A stretch of DNA of 64,000 nucleotides, taken from assembly GCF_006345805.1 (NCBI RefSeq), contig NC_043003.1, positions 31,124,001 to 31,188,000 of the forward strand, in the 5' to 3' direction. Under the pieces are notes generated by a model. It was not told the DNA's origin. It did no database searches and saw only the letters and a list, made by a program, of their open reading frames with translations. Positions 11,929 to 24,300 of the stretch are shown piece by piece. Numbering within the stretch: position 1 is the stretch's first letter; each line of letters opens with the position of its first letter. This stretch comes from Octopus sinensis. Lineage: Eukaryota. The translations under genes were made by a program, and so were the position numbers.

Positions 11929-12224
11929 AACACACTCTCTCGCAAAGAATCAAAAGCAACAACGAAAATCAAAAACAAACTAAAACAAAAACAGCAGAAA
12001 CAAAACCAACCAAACAAAATACAATAAAAATAGCAGGTTCGGTTGACGGTTGGCGCGAATAAGACCACCACAAGCTACAATATGAAAAGGGTTCGAAAGA
12101 ATAACTATATCGTATTGTTTGTAGTACACGTTACTAAACAATGCGTTCGGATCTTAGACAGATGGATTGGTTCGAAAAATATATCTCTATCAAATGTCCG
12201 TACAGCCTGCAATAAGCCTGCCCC

Positions 12225-12700
12225 TTGTCCTGGGAAGCATGGGGTGGAGCACAAAGGATGTGTGTCCCAGGACTCCGAAGCGGGTCCAGGATAGAACATG
12301 CGTTAATGATTGGGAATTGGAATATCACAAACCTTACGGGTAAAGAGCAGGAATTAATAGAGGAGGCCAGGAGCTACCGGTTAGATATAGCCTGTGTTTT
12401 CTCTACAAGGTTCCGTGGCTCTTATGCGGAACAATTGAATGTAAGGTGGAATCTTCATTATTCAAATGTGATGCCAACTATGTCTGCACTGGGATGGGGG
12501 GTGGGGCGTACTCACAAATCGCAGGTTGTCGGGTCGTGTTATTGGGTGGATCCCATTAGATGGGAAGATTTGTCTCTTGAAGCTCAGGCTGATAATAAGT
12601 CAATATTCTTAGTTGGTCATGCTTGGGTATCCAGCCGGTATGAATAATGAGAGCAGGGCTGATAGGGTTCTATGGAGGAGGTATCTGAGGATTCTACCCC
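12225..12700 (+). mobile_element. RTE-like LINE, apurinic endonuclease N-terminal fragment
   Basis: IGNWNITNLTGKEQELIEEARSYRLDIACVFSTRFRGS...WNLHYS: typical RTE APE domain start; frameshifted. Confidence 0.85.
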
Positions 12701-13521
12701 ACAGGCCTCTCCGGAATAGTGGGTGGAAAAATAGCAGAATATCTTAATGAGATTGAAGCTCGTTTTATTTAGTGGTTTATCTAGATGTTCAATTACTAAC
12801 AATATTTTATTAAGACAGAAGCTAATTTTGTTAAGTGGTTTATTATTTAGATGTTCATACACTATCCCATTAAACATCTACTTAATATGATAGTGTACGT
12901 GTGGATTGTGTGTGGATTGGTGTCTCCTATGTTAAATTTTTAGGGAAAGGAGAAGACTTACGTCATAGAATTACTTTGGACCTTGGCATGTCATCAGTGA
13001 TATTTCAGCTCATCGATAACACAATGCCTTACTCATATTTGTTTTTGTTTGGAAAATTATTTACGATATTAATATTATACCTGGTTTAAATATTTTACTT
13101 CTCAGAAAAATCACAACCAATTGAAAAAATCTGTGCTCCCTTCGCATTTTCCAGCCCATTGTGAGTTTACAACGATCCAAAATAGGTGCTGCCACCCAGT
13201 GGAAGAACCATTGAATTGGAACAAAATAACATTCCTGTAATGTCACCTTCCTCTTCTCTCTACAGCATACGAACTTATTCAAAACTCAGTAGCTTTACAT
13301 TTTCTGTTGTTATCGTGGACCACCTTAATTTCTTCGAACTGTAGCTTTTACTTCAATTTCAATTATTGTTGACTGAGTTCCACTGTGATGGACTTCATAT
13401 TTCGTTTCTCCTGGAGAAGATAAAATATCTTCGTGTTAACCCAAATCGAGTAAGTCTAAAATGAAAGGTATTCCAAGCGTGGCTATTCCACCTTTTTAGG
13501 TGCATGTAGGAATACATTAAA

Positions 13522-13705
13522 GGCGGTAAACTGGCAGAATCGTTAGTACGTCGGACAAAATGCTAAGTGGCATTTCTTCCTGTTCTTTACATTCTGAGTT
13601 CAAATCCTGCCGAACTCAAATTTGCCTTTCACCCCTTCGGGGTCGATAAAATAAATTACTAGTCGGATATTGGGGTCGATGTAGTCGACTTGCCTCCCCA
13701 CCTCA
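13522..13705 (+). mobile_element. SINE family B (degenerate)
   Basis: aggcggtaaactggcagaatcgttag head, ctgagttcaaatcc B-box, core tttgcctttcacccc. Confidence 0.8.
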
Positions 13706-13834
13706 AATAGTGCCTGCAACAGATCAGCGTTCAGGGTAATGTAGTGCTCTCGCTCACTTATACGTTATGGAAACCGTGTAATCGACTTGGCGAGTTCTAA
13801 GACTAAAAAAAAAATAATGATGGTATCAAATTTT

Positions 13835-14010
13835 GGCATAGGGACAGCTATTTTAAGGGAGGGTTACGTCGGTTACATCGACCCAAGTGTTCAACTGGTA
13901 CTTACTTTATCGACTCCAAAGGGATGAAAAGCAATGTCGACCTCAGTGGAATTTGAATGCAGAACGTGAAAATGGATGAAATACTACTAAGCATTTTACC
14001 TGGTGTGCGG
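13835..14010 (-). mobile_element. SINE family B (degenerate), tail-to-tail with previous copy
   Basis: Reverse complement of family B core and head. Confidence 0.75.
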
Positions 14011-14626
14011 TCTTGCCAAAAAAGAATATATAATTTAATGTAATAATTAGATAATCAAAATCAGCGGGGTCTGATTTGGGGTAACTTGGCTGCTATATCT
14101 GGCAAGTGTAGAGGTTCCCAAGTTTGCTAGTATTATCTATGAGGTGTTATTGTTATTATCTAGCTCTGAGTCAATCTTAATCGAGCAGCGAAGAGACATA
14201 TACAGACAGAGAGATATTGAAACGGTGTGTCTTTCAATTTATCACATACTCCTACATCTTTAAAACAAAAGTAAGATGAAAAATAGTAAGTATTAGCTTA
14301 AATCAAAGAAAAGAACATAGTACATAAGTCTTTGCTGTCTCTTTTTAATAAATAAGATCAGTGTAGGATGTTGCTAATCTTAGGCATTTGCTTGTCATCG
14401 ACATTTGCTTGCCATCGACTATGTAAAGAGGATACTTCTGATGTTATAATTTTGAGACAAAAGGTTCCAACCAGAAATGGTTAATACTGGGAAGACGGGT
14501 ATGAAGATACAATAAGATTGTTGAGATGACGAAAGGTAAATGACTTTGATTCCGAATGTAGCTTGTTATAGAAAGCCGGTATAGAAACCGTTCTGACAGC
14601 AGTAGAAAGAACAAAAGAAATGTTGT

Positions 14627-14855
14627 TCTATATTTAAGGAATGAGGAATTATGTACATTATTTACATTATTTACTTTCGACAGATATTTGTCCTCATCTT
14701 GTTTGTTGTTAACACAACGTAGGAATGAGAACCCAGGTTCGAAATTTCTCCAAGACACCTGAAGAAGGGTGGGGTGGGGGGTTATCAGCCGAAACGTGTT
14801 AACAACAAACAAGATGAGGACAAATATCCGTTGAATGTAAATAATGTAAATAATG
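14627..14855 (+). mobile_element. Short PLE-type insertion with degenerate hammerhead and inverted 3' end
   Basis: 14-bp TSD AAAAGAAATGTTGT (14613-14626, 14856-14869); ~65-bp inverted arms (14655-14720 / 14794-14855); acac-CTGAAGA-a...cagcc-GAAA-cg at 14755-14796. Confidence 0.8.
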
Positions 14856-15346
14856 AAAAGAAATGTTGTACATTAGCCTTAAATCAGGCCTGACTTAACA
14901 GATTTATATGATTGAAGACATTCCATAGGTAAACATCTTGTCTTTTATATACCCAGATCTACATGGTAAAGAGTGGTTTGAAATTTAGTTAATTCTATAA
15001 TGCTAGCAAGTCAATTGACCATGGTGCATCTCTCATTGGTTTAAAGTGGCACCAAGCAAGTCGTTATAGTAAGCTGTTGAAAGAACGCTTTACTATGAGT
15101 CATAAGGTTTTTTTCCTGTTAGTAGAGAATGTTAACAGGCGCTGGTATGACTGTATGGTTAAGAAGATCGCCTTGCATTCACGCGGTTTTGAATTCAGTC
15201 CCTCTGCGCAGCATCTTTATCAGATGTCTTCTATTATAATTCTTGAGCCAATCAATACCTTATGAGTGAATTTGGTAAACGGAAATGTGCGGAAGTGCCT
15301 ATCGTGTGCGTGTATCTGTCTGTCTGTCTGTCGTCTGTCTGTTTCT

Positions 15347-15422
<76 letters not shown>

Positions 15423-15544
15423 ATGTATGTGTGTGAGTACATATATATATATATGTATATACACATAAATGTATATATATGTATATATAAATATATGTAT
15501 ATGGTGGCTGTCTACTCCTTATGCAGAGTTTGACAACCCCATGT

Positions 15545-16495
15545 ACTTACACCTTAGCACCATCATGGCATCTGATGTGGCTTTTTAAACCAGACAATAT
15601 TCTGAAAAGACACCCACGTAGATTGCATATCCGATTTGGACCACCAAGTTCTAATCTTTGTGGATCTTAAAATGTATTTCGAGGCCTCCGTTAGATTTTC
15701 AAACCTTCTGGCATACATTGCATTCAAAGGTGTGCACAGACATATAGGCAGAATAGTTGGTTTGTTTTCCATGGGTTCGCAAATGAGATTTGAGCCCAGT
15801 AACAGAAAGGCATGATTTGTCACAAACTGTGCAGATTAAAAGGTCATAGTGATTCATCATCTCGATCGTCACATTCTTCCTTAAATCTCTTTTGAGTCTT
15901 GCCTGCGTTATCCTGGCCTCTTCAAACGCTTTTATTCCACTCCACACTTTTGTTCGCCACCTAGCTCGATCCGAAGCAAGGGTTTCTATGTCTTCTGGAT
16001 CCATTTCAAGTGACTTCATACTAGTCCTTATACCGTCCTTAAACCTTTTTTTAGGTTTACTCCGATAGTGTTTCCCTTCTGCAAGCTCACCATAAAACAC
16101 ATGTTTGGGCATGTGTTCATCCGCCATTCGAAAAATATGGCCCCACCATCTCATTTAGTTTCTCAAAATCATCGCTTTAATTGAGGTGATACCTGCAGAT
16201 GCAAGGACATTTGTGTTTGGAGTAAAAGATCTCCATTTAATGCTTAAAATGCGATGAAGGCATGTTTGGTAGAATTGGTTTAACAATTTAAAATGTCTTT
16301 CATAACATGTCCATATTTCACAAGAATACAACTGGGATGGTAAGACAAATGATTTGCAAAGAGCCAACCTTGTATTGTTATTTATATGTCACTGGCGCTA
16401 TACGCGTGACTCCAAGCCACCAAATGCTTTTGCTGCCCTTTGATTTCGCAGATGTATTTCTGTATCAAGATTTCCATAATTTTGTACAACCTTAA
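15545..16495 (-). mobile_element. RTE (BovB-like) LINE 3' fragment with three C-terminal C2H2 fingers
   Basis: QLYSCEIW, LHRILSIKW, RWWGHIFRM..PKHVFYGEL, RARWR motifs; fingers CTVC..HLRTH, CNVC..HFKIH, CNL(R)..HIRCH. Confidence 0.92.
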
Positions 16496-16521
16496 GTAAC
16501 TATATATATATATATATATAT

Positions 16522-16853
16522 AAAGACCCCCTTCGGTCATGAATGACCATGGGTTTGCACCTAGAGAGTTACCCTCCGAGGCACAAGTCTGGGCAAGGTT
16601 GTTTTATGGAAGACCAGTAGTCGCCCATGCATACCAGCCTCCCCTCTCCACGCCACCAGTGTTATCCAAGGGAAAACAAAGGTCGATACAGCTTGGCACC
16701 TGTGACGTCGCAACTCATTTCTACAGCTGAGTGAACTGGAGCAACGTGAAATAAAGTGTCTTGCTCAAGAACACAACACGCAGCCCGGTCCGGGATTCGA
16801 GCTCACAACCTCACGATCGTAAGCTCGACGCTCTAACCACTGAGCCATGCGCC

Positions 16854-16856
<3 letters not shown>
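16522..16856 (-). mobile_element. tRNA-derived SINE family D (CORE-like central block)
   Basis: Head gaaggcgcatggctcagtggttagagcg...gagctcgaatccc, then cttgagcaagacactttatttcacgttgctccagttcactcagctgtagaaatgag; second copy at 43043-43624. Confidence 0.88.
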
Positions 16857-16893
<37 letters not shown>

Positions 16894-16941
16894 ACGTATA
16901 TGCATATATATATGTGTGTATATATATATGCATGTATAAAT

Positions 16942-16999
<58 letters not shown>

Positions 17000-17001
17000 T
17001 G

Positions 17002-17044
<43 letters not shown>

Positions 17045-17194
17045 GAATATATATATATATATGTATATATATTATATTAAATTAGAGACAAAACCACTAT
17101 TAGGCAAATCAACAATGAAAAACTTAAGCCATTACATATGATTAATTTATATTATTTAAATATATAACAAAATTATTAAAAAAATATAATTAAT

Positions 17195-17270
17195 ATCACA
17201 CTCCGATCGTTTCATGCCCGCTAACATCTTCAAATTTTTGAGTCGCAGTCATTCATCAGGTGGTTTAAAT
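17195..17270 (-). ncRNA. Hammerhead ribozyme, inactivated copy (cleavage triplet GGA)
   Basis: cac-CTGATGA-atgactgc...gcgggcat-GAAA-CGATCG-GA-gtg; U16.1 replaced by G at 17203. Confidence 0.8.
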
Positions 17271-17450
17271 ATTTTTCTTGGCGAGGTTTAAACAATGAAC
17301 TCCATTTCTCTCAATGTTTATGCTTCAAGTCTGGTGCTTATTTTATCGGTCACTTTTGTTACAGGGATGTAAAAAAAGCAACGTCGGTTATCAAGCGGTG
17401 GTGTGATAAACACACACACACATATGTATACATACATATACAAATAAATG

Positions 17451-17482
<32 letters not shown>

Positions 17483-17504
17483 TTGTTTAAACCTCGCCAA
17501 GAAA

Positions 17505-17586
17505 AATATTTAAACCACCTGATGAATGACTGCGACTCAAAAATTTGAAGATGTTAGCAGGCATGAAACGATCGTAGTGTGATATT
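17505..17586 (+). ncRNA. Type I hammerhead ribozyme, intact core
   Basis: CTGATGA 17519-17525; stem II ATGaCTGC/GCAGgCAT (17526-33/17557-64); GAAA 17565-68; palindromic stem III CGATCG; GUA triplet, cleavage predicted after 17576; stem I CAC/GTG extended by AATATT/GATATT across an internal loop. Confidence 0.88.
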
Positions 17587-18431
17587 AATTATATTTCTTT
17601 AATAATTTTGTTATATATTTAAATAATATAAATTAATCATATGTAATGGCTTAAGTTTTTCATTGTTTGATTTGCCTAATAGTGGTTTTGTCTCTAATTT
17701 AATATAATATAATATTTTACTATAAAATTGGATTCAATCCTAAATCTGATTTTTCCCTGTAAGTTTGGATTTATTCCCTAATATTTATTATTATATGTAT
17801 ATATATATACATATATATACAAACATACATACACACACATATATATATATGCATGTATATATGTATGCATTTATTTGTATATGTATGTATACATATGTGT
17901 GTGTGTGTTTATCACACCACCGCTTGATAACCGACGTTGCTTTTTTTACATCCCTGTAACAAAAGTGACCGATAAAATAAGCACCAGACTTGAAGCATAA
18001 ACATTGGGAGAAATTTGTTCAACTGAAAAATCCTTCAAGGCAGTACCCCAGCATGACCGCAGCCCAAGTGACTGAAACAAGCAAAAGATATAACGAGACA
18101 CGCTGTTGAGCCAACCGCCTGTTTGATAAACGAGATAGAATCGATGTAGTGTTTGATAAACGAGATAGAATGACTTGCTGGTGATTGCAGAAGGAAGAAA
18201 GAAGACAGCACGAAGGTGTGAAAGCGAATAATTGAGAGGCTGACACGAAAAGACCAAGATAAAGAAACGGAACTACAAGTGGAGCTTGATAACGAATTAG
18301 ATAAACGAAGATATTGATATGCGGATGTATACATACAAGTACACGCTTATACATGATGCATACATGCATACCTATATATATTCATGCATGCATACGTTTA
18401 TATATATATATATATACATACATACATACAC

Positions 18432-18462
<31 letters not shown>

Positions 18463-18959
18463 ATATTATATATATATATAAACGTATGGTACACAGCCAG
18501 CTACGAACATTAATAGTAGAACGGAGATAGGTACCTAGATAGAGAGGTAGATAGATTAAAAAAATAGAGTAAGAGAGATGGAGGGTGAGTGATATATATA
18601 TATATATATATATGGAGAGAGAGAGAGAAAGAGAGAGAGAGTGAGAGAGTGAGAGAAAAAGTTTGTGTGCATGAAAGTAAGAGAGAGAGAGGGAGAATGT
18701 GAGGAAAACAATATGAGATGTGATAATCAAGGAGATAAGCTTCTTTGCTTGAAGGAATACCGTGTGTTGGTGTATATATGTTAGCATGTGTGCGTATATG
18801 TGTTGCTCTGTGTATGTGTGGCAGTGTGTGCGTATATATATATGTGTGTGTGTGTGTGTGTGGTGTGCGTGTGTGTGTATGTTTGTGTATGATGTATATC
18901 ATTATACAATACTCATTTCTGTTTAGTCACATGAATACCTCTAAATGAGGAAATATTAC

Positions 18960-20800
18960 GTCATGTGATATATTTATGAAAGTGACAGTGATGGTGGTGG
19001 TGTCTTGGTTGACGGTGATAGTGGCGGTTCCGATGGTATTTGTGAAGACGGTGGTGATGGTGGTGATGGTAGTAGTGATGATACGAGTGGTGGTCGTTGT
19101 GGCATTTGTGGTGACGATGATGTCTGTTAGAGTGATGACAGTGGCTGTGGCGGAATTTTTGGTGACGGTGGTAGTCGTAGTGATGATACTGTAGTGATAG
19201 TGGTGACAGGAGTGGCGGTAGCAGTGGTGGTTGTGGTGGTACTTGTGGTGACGATGGTGGCGATGAAATGATGATGGTAGTGATGGTGGTTGTGGTGGTA
19301 CTTGTGGTGATGCTGGTAGTGGTCGTTGTAGAGGTTATGGCAATGGTGGTCGTGGAGTTGTTTTGCGACGGCGGTGGTATTACAGTGATGGTAGTAGTGG
19401 TGGTGGTTGTGATGGTATATTTGGTGACGTTGGTGGTTGTTGTACAGTGATGATGGCTGTGGTGGTTCCGGTGGTATTCGTGGCGACGGTGGTGGTGGTT
19501 GTACAGTGATGATGGTAGTAGTGGTGGTTCCGGTGGTATTCGTGGCGACGGTGGTGGTGGTTCTATGATGATGATGATAGTAGTGGTGGTATCTGTGGGG
19601 ACAATGGTGGTGTTAGTGATGAAGGGAGTGGTGACAGTAGTGGAGATGGTAATGGTGTTTGTGGTCGTGCATGTGGTGACGATGATGGTGATGGTAGTTA
19701 CGATGGTAGTGGTGATTGTGGTGGTATTTGTGGTGTCGGTTGTGGCTGTTACAGTGATGATGGTAATGGTGATGGTTGTGATGGCATGTTGTCAAGGGTG
19801 GTGGTTTTACAGTAATAATGGTTGTAGTGGTGGCTGTGGTGGTATCTGTGGTTGCGGTGGTGATAGTACAGTGATGCTGATTGTAGTGGTATATGTTGTG
19901 ACGATGGTAGTTGTATAATGATGATGTTAGTGGTAGTGGATGTGATGTGGTGGTGGTTGTGGCCATGCTGTGGTAATTGGTGGTGGCAGTGGCTGTAAGG
20001 GTACATATGGTGACAATGATAGCGCTGCAATGGTGACGGTGGTTGTGGTGTTGGAACTTTTTTAGTGGCGATGGTATCTATAGAAGTGCCAGTGGTAGTA
20101 ATTGTGGCGGTGCTGTTGTAATGGTGCGACGATGGCGGTGTTTGTGGTGTGGTGGTGGAGTGGCTGAGTTGGTGCAGTCGTAATGGTAGCTGTGCTGGAA
20201 TGATAACCGAGCAGTCAATGGTGACCGTGCCAGTTGCAGTGGTAGTACCACTGACGGTTTCTGTGATAGTAGAGGTAAGTGTCGTGATAATGGCGGCGGG
20301 TAGGAATACCGGTGGAGGTTGTGGTCAGTGGTATTCGTAGCAATGGTGATGGCAGCGATGGGGACAGCGGTGGTGGTAATGGTGATAATGGTGGTGGTGG
20401 TGATGGTGATGATGGTGGTGGTGATGGTGGTGGTGGTGGTGGTGGTGATGGTGGTGGTGGTGATGGTGGTGATAGATTTGGTGCTGGTGATGATGGTGGA
20501 GGTGGTGATGGTGGTGATGGTGTTGGTGGCGGTGATGACTGTGAGAGTGGCGGTGTTGATGATGATGATGGCGGCAGTGATTGTGGTAGTGGTGATGGTG
20601 GCGGTGGTGATAGTGGTGGTGGAGATAGTGGTGGTGGTGATGGTGGCGGTGGTGATGGTGGCGGTAGTAATAGTAATGATGGCAGAGATGATGGCGATGG
20701 TGACGATGATGGTAGTGGTGATGGTTGTGGCGAAGGTCGTTAGTAATGGCACCGGGAGTGAGGATAGTTGTGGAAGTGGTGAATACAATTCTTTTCTAAC
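18960..20800. repeat. ~1.85-kb degenerate (GGT/GAT/AGT) triplet array with ~60-bp higher-order units
   Basis: Triplet periodicity throughout; near-tandem 60-mer at 19438-19560. Confidence 0.95.
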
Positions 20801-21128
20801 CAAATATAGAAACTAATACTAGTGGTGTTGCTGGAATATAATAAAGAAATGGAGGAGTGGATATACTTGCTTAAAATGTAAAAAAAAAAAAACCCCAGAA
20901 AAATAACTGATTGTGGTGTAGACGGAGAAGGAAAAATAACTGAGTAATCCGATTTACACTGGAACTCTTTCGAATAGCACGATTCTATTACACACCCGAT
21001 TTCTCTCTTCTTATGTATGGATACATATAAGGCATGACTACATACATGCATAAATACATAGGTGCGTATGTACATACATATATACATAAACATATATACA
21101 TATGTACATACTTTTAAATGCATACATT

Positions 21129-21199
<71 letters not shown>

Positions 21200-21209
21200 G
21201 TATAATATA

Positions 21210-21251
<42 letters not shown>

Positions 21252-21294
21252 ATGTATACGTATATATATATATATAATATATATGTATATGTAT

Positions 21295-21385
<91 letters not shown>

Positions 21386-21852
21386 CTGATTCTCTTTCTG
21401 TCTATCTGTCTCTCTACATGCACAGAGAAGCATACATATGTATGTTTATGCATGTATGTTTATGCATGCATATATGTATGTATATATGTATATGTGCGTG
21501 TGTATGTGTATGTATGTATGTATGTATGTACGTGTAGCTATTTCCTAATATAGCACACATACACAACATACCCTGCCACGCAAACACATTTTCTATCATA
21601 CTATCCGCATACGCACAATATTACGTAACATCATTATCTGTGTATATATTTGATAAGTATCTTATATTTTATGTGAGATACCGTCAATATTAGAGTGTAG
21701 AAAGTGAAAAGAAAGAGGATGAAGATATGGAGAAGAAGGAGGGAGAGGAAGAGGAGGAGGAACGAAGACAGAGAGAACAGAAATATGTAGTTGCAATGGA
21801 GAACACGTTTGGGTATTATACTGTAGTGATATACATACATACGTACAAACAT

Positions 21853-21904
<52 letters not shown>

Positions 21905-21977
21905 ATATATATATAGATATATATATATATATATATGTATATATATGTATATATATAGATATATATATATATGTATG

Positions 21978-22036
<59 letters not shown>

Positions 22037-22060
22037 TAATATAATATAATATATATATGT

Positions 22061-22434
22061 GGAGGTGCAACGGCCCAGTGGTTAGGGCAGCGGACTCGCG
22101 GTCATAAGATCACGGTTTCGATTCCCAGAGTTGTGAGTATTTATTGAGCTAAATCACCTAAAACTCCACGAGGCTCCGGCAGGGCAGGATGGTGAACCCT
22201 GCTGTACTCTTTCACTACACCTTTCTCTCACTCTTCCTTCCTGTTTCTGTTGTACCTGTATGTCAAAGGGCCAGCCTTGTCACACTCTGTGTCACGCTGA
22301 ATCTCCCCAAGAACTACGTTAAGGATACACGTGTCTGTGGAGGGCTCAGTCACTTGCACGTTAATTTCACGAGCAGGCTGTTTCGTTGATCGGATCAACT
22401 GAAACCCTCGTCGTCGAAACCGACTGATTGCCAC
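22061..22434 (+). mobile_element. tRNA-derived SINE family C, near full length
   Basis: ggaggtgcaacggcccagtggttagggcagcggactcgcgg...ggtttcgattccc head; matches 49150-49488 (minus). Confidence 0.9.
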
Positions 22435-22576
22435 TATGTATATATATATATAGATATATATTGTTTTTTTGCTTAGTTTTTCCTTCAGAACACATTCTTC
22501 GTGGAAAATGGCGATTTGACGTCTATATCTAGCATGTAGGGCTGTCCACTTTTAGTGGTCAGTCCTCTAAATTTTG

Positions 22577-22614
<38 letters not shown>

Positions 22615-22619
22615 ATATA

Positions 22620-22650
<31 letters not shown>

Positions 22651-22849
22651 CTCACACACACACATATGTATATAAATATGCATACATAGATATATATACA
22701 TACACATACATATGTATATGCATACATATATATATATATATTGATATATCGCCATACGCACACACACATATATATACAATATATGTGAATGTGTCAGTAA
22801 GTGTCTGTGTGTGCATGTGCATGCGTGTGTGTGTGTGCGTGCGCGCGCG

Positions 22850-22874
<25 letters not shown>

Positions 22875-22880
<6 letters not shown>

Positions 22881-23045
22881 ATAAATATTAGGGAATAAAT
22901 CCAATTTTACAGGGAAAAAATCAGATTTAGGATTAAATCCAATTTTATAGTAAAATATTATAAAATATTATTAGAGACAAAACCACTATTTTGCAAAACA
23001 AACAAGGAAAGACTTAATCAATACATAAAATTTTAATAGTCAAAA
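22875..23045 (-). mobile_element. Diverged relative of the 3' part of the hammerhead element at 17482-17792
   Basis: Shared tagtggttttgtctcta...ataaaattggatt.aatcctaaatctgattttt.ccctgtaa..ttggatttattccctaatatttattatt. Confidence 0.85.
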
Positions 23046-23251
23046 ATATATATATATAGGAAAAGCGGTAACGGGTAAGTCAGAGCAACGACTGAGAAAA
23101 ACCTCAGTTACAGATAAAATATATTTTACACACACAACTCAGCTACTCACACAACACACCACTCACACACGCAAGACACACTCACACACTTAACACACAC
23201 ACACACAACACATACTCACCCAACACACAAACATGCCGAAACACACGCTCT

Positions 23252-23338
<87 letters not shown>

Positions 23339-24019
23339 GCTAGCTAGCTAGCTATCTAAATGTACTGGAACTGAGGAAAAAAGAAAAGGACAGTCGCAGT
23401 AATTGAAGGAGAGCGTCGAAGGTAAACGAAGAATTATAGAGGCGGTATGAGGGGTGAATGAAAGAATCAAATACTTCTCTCTCTCTCTCACCGTCTCATT
23501 CTCTCTTCAACTCTCTCTCTCTCTTTCATTTTCTCAATGTCTCCCCATCTCTCTGTTCCTTTTATTATCGATATATCGGAGATATTAAATCTATTTCTAA
23601 AATGTAGAATACAGTGTGTATCGCGACAGCTAAAGATCAGACGCACTCCCTAATGCATTACATTTCTAATTAATTTTAGTTAATTAAAATTTCAGGTTGA
23701 ATCCTTTATCTTATTTTATTATTTTTTTTTACCATAATTAGTCATTTAGGAAATGATTATTCCCGTCACTAATGTTGTAATTTTAATTAATGAAGACTTC
23801 TTGGTTTAATACATGAAATATGCTAACCCACTGTACTCGAGAAGTATTAGGTTGGTGTCGCAGAAAATGAGAAAGGGAGAAACATTTGAATAGCTGAGCA
23901 TTGTAGGGCTCTGTGCAGTAAATTATGACAGACCCGATGTATCAACGAGGAAAGTACTTTGGTGGGGAGCATTGGATTTTTATCTTTAAAATAAACTAAA
24001 CGAAATGGGTTTCCTCCAG

Positions 24020-24300
24020 AAGTCACAATTCCCGTACTATAGACATGTGATTAGAATGTTGCAGGAAAGAATCGCATGGTCGCATGGCAGATTCTTCAAG
24101 CTGACCAACCGGCAGGAGATTTAAGGGTAAACCGAGTACAAGATAGTTGGATAATACCCATTGTCTCAGTTGGCCATATCTGGGAATCCAACCGGAAAAT
24201 CTAATGACAATTGTTTCTGATAACATTGTATTGAGAAGGTGATTGAGGGCTCTATCCCGCGACCTTATCAGGAATAATAAGCGAAGAAAGTGAATGGATG
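24020..24300 (+). mobile_element. RTE-like LINE 3' end fragment
   Basis: YY(R/G)HVIRM..ERIA..ILQAD, GIQPENLMTIVS, PRPYQE* then tggatgga tail; frameshifted. Confidence 0.7.

Larger units (their letters stand above)
17075..18015. repeat. Complex near-identical inverted duplication A-B-A'-x-B'
   Basis: A 17075-17298 vs A' 17482-17705 (inverted); B 17304-17480 vs B' ~17810-18015 (inverted); only a handful of mismatches. Confidence 0.92.

Noticed and set aside
13106-13345. Plus-strand acceptor/donor/acceptor set resembling two small exons
   Set aside because: All joined frames stop quickly, no recognisable product; such signals arise by chance in AT-rich DNA.
14386-14419. 17-bp tandem duplication CATTTGCTTGYCATCGA; also 22-bp repeat at 18120-18171
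   Set aside because: Two-copy slippage duplications; no spacer array, not CRISPR-like.
16790-16856. tRNA-like sequences (also 22061, 43555, 49420, 53827, 61250)
   Set aside because: A/B boxes run directly into SINE bodies; these are SINE heads, not tRNA genes.
23845-23870. TATTAGGTTGGTG mariner-like terminus
   Set aside because: Too short, no partner inverted repeat or transposase found.
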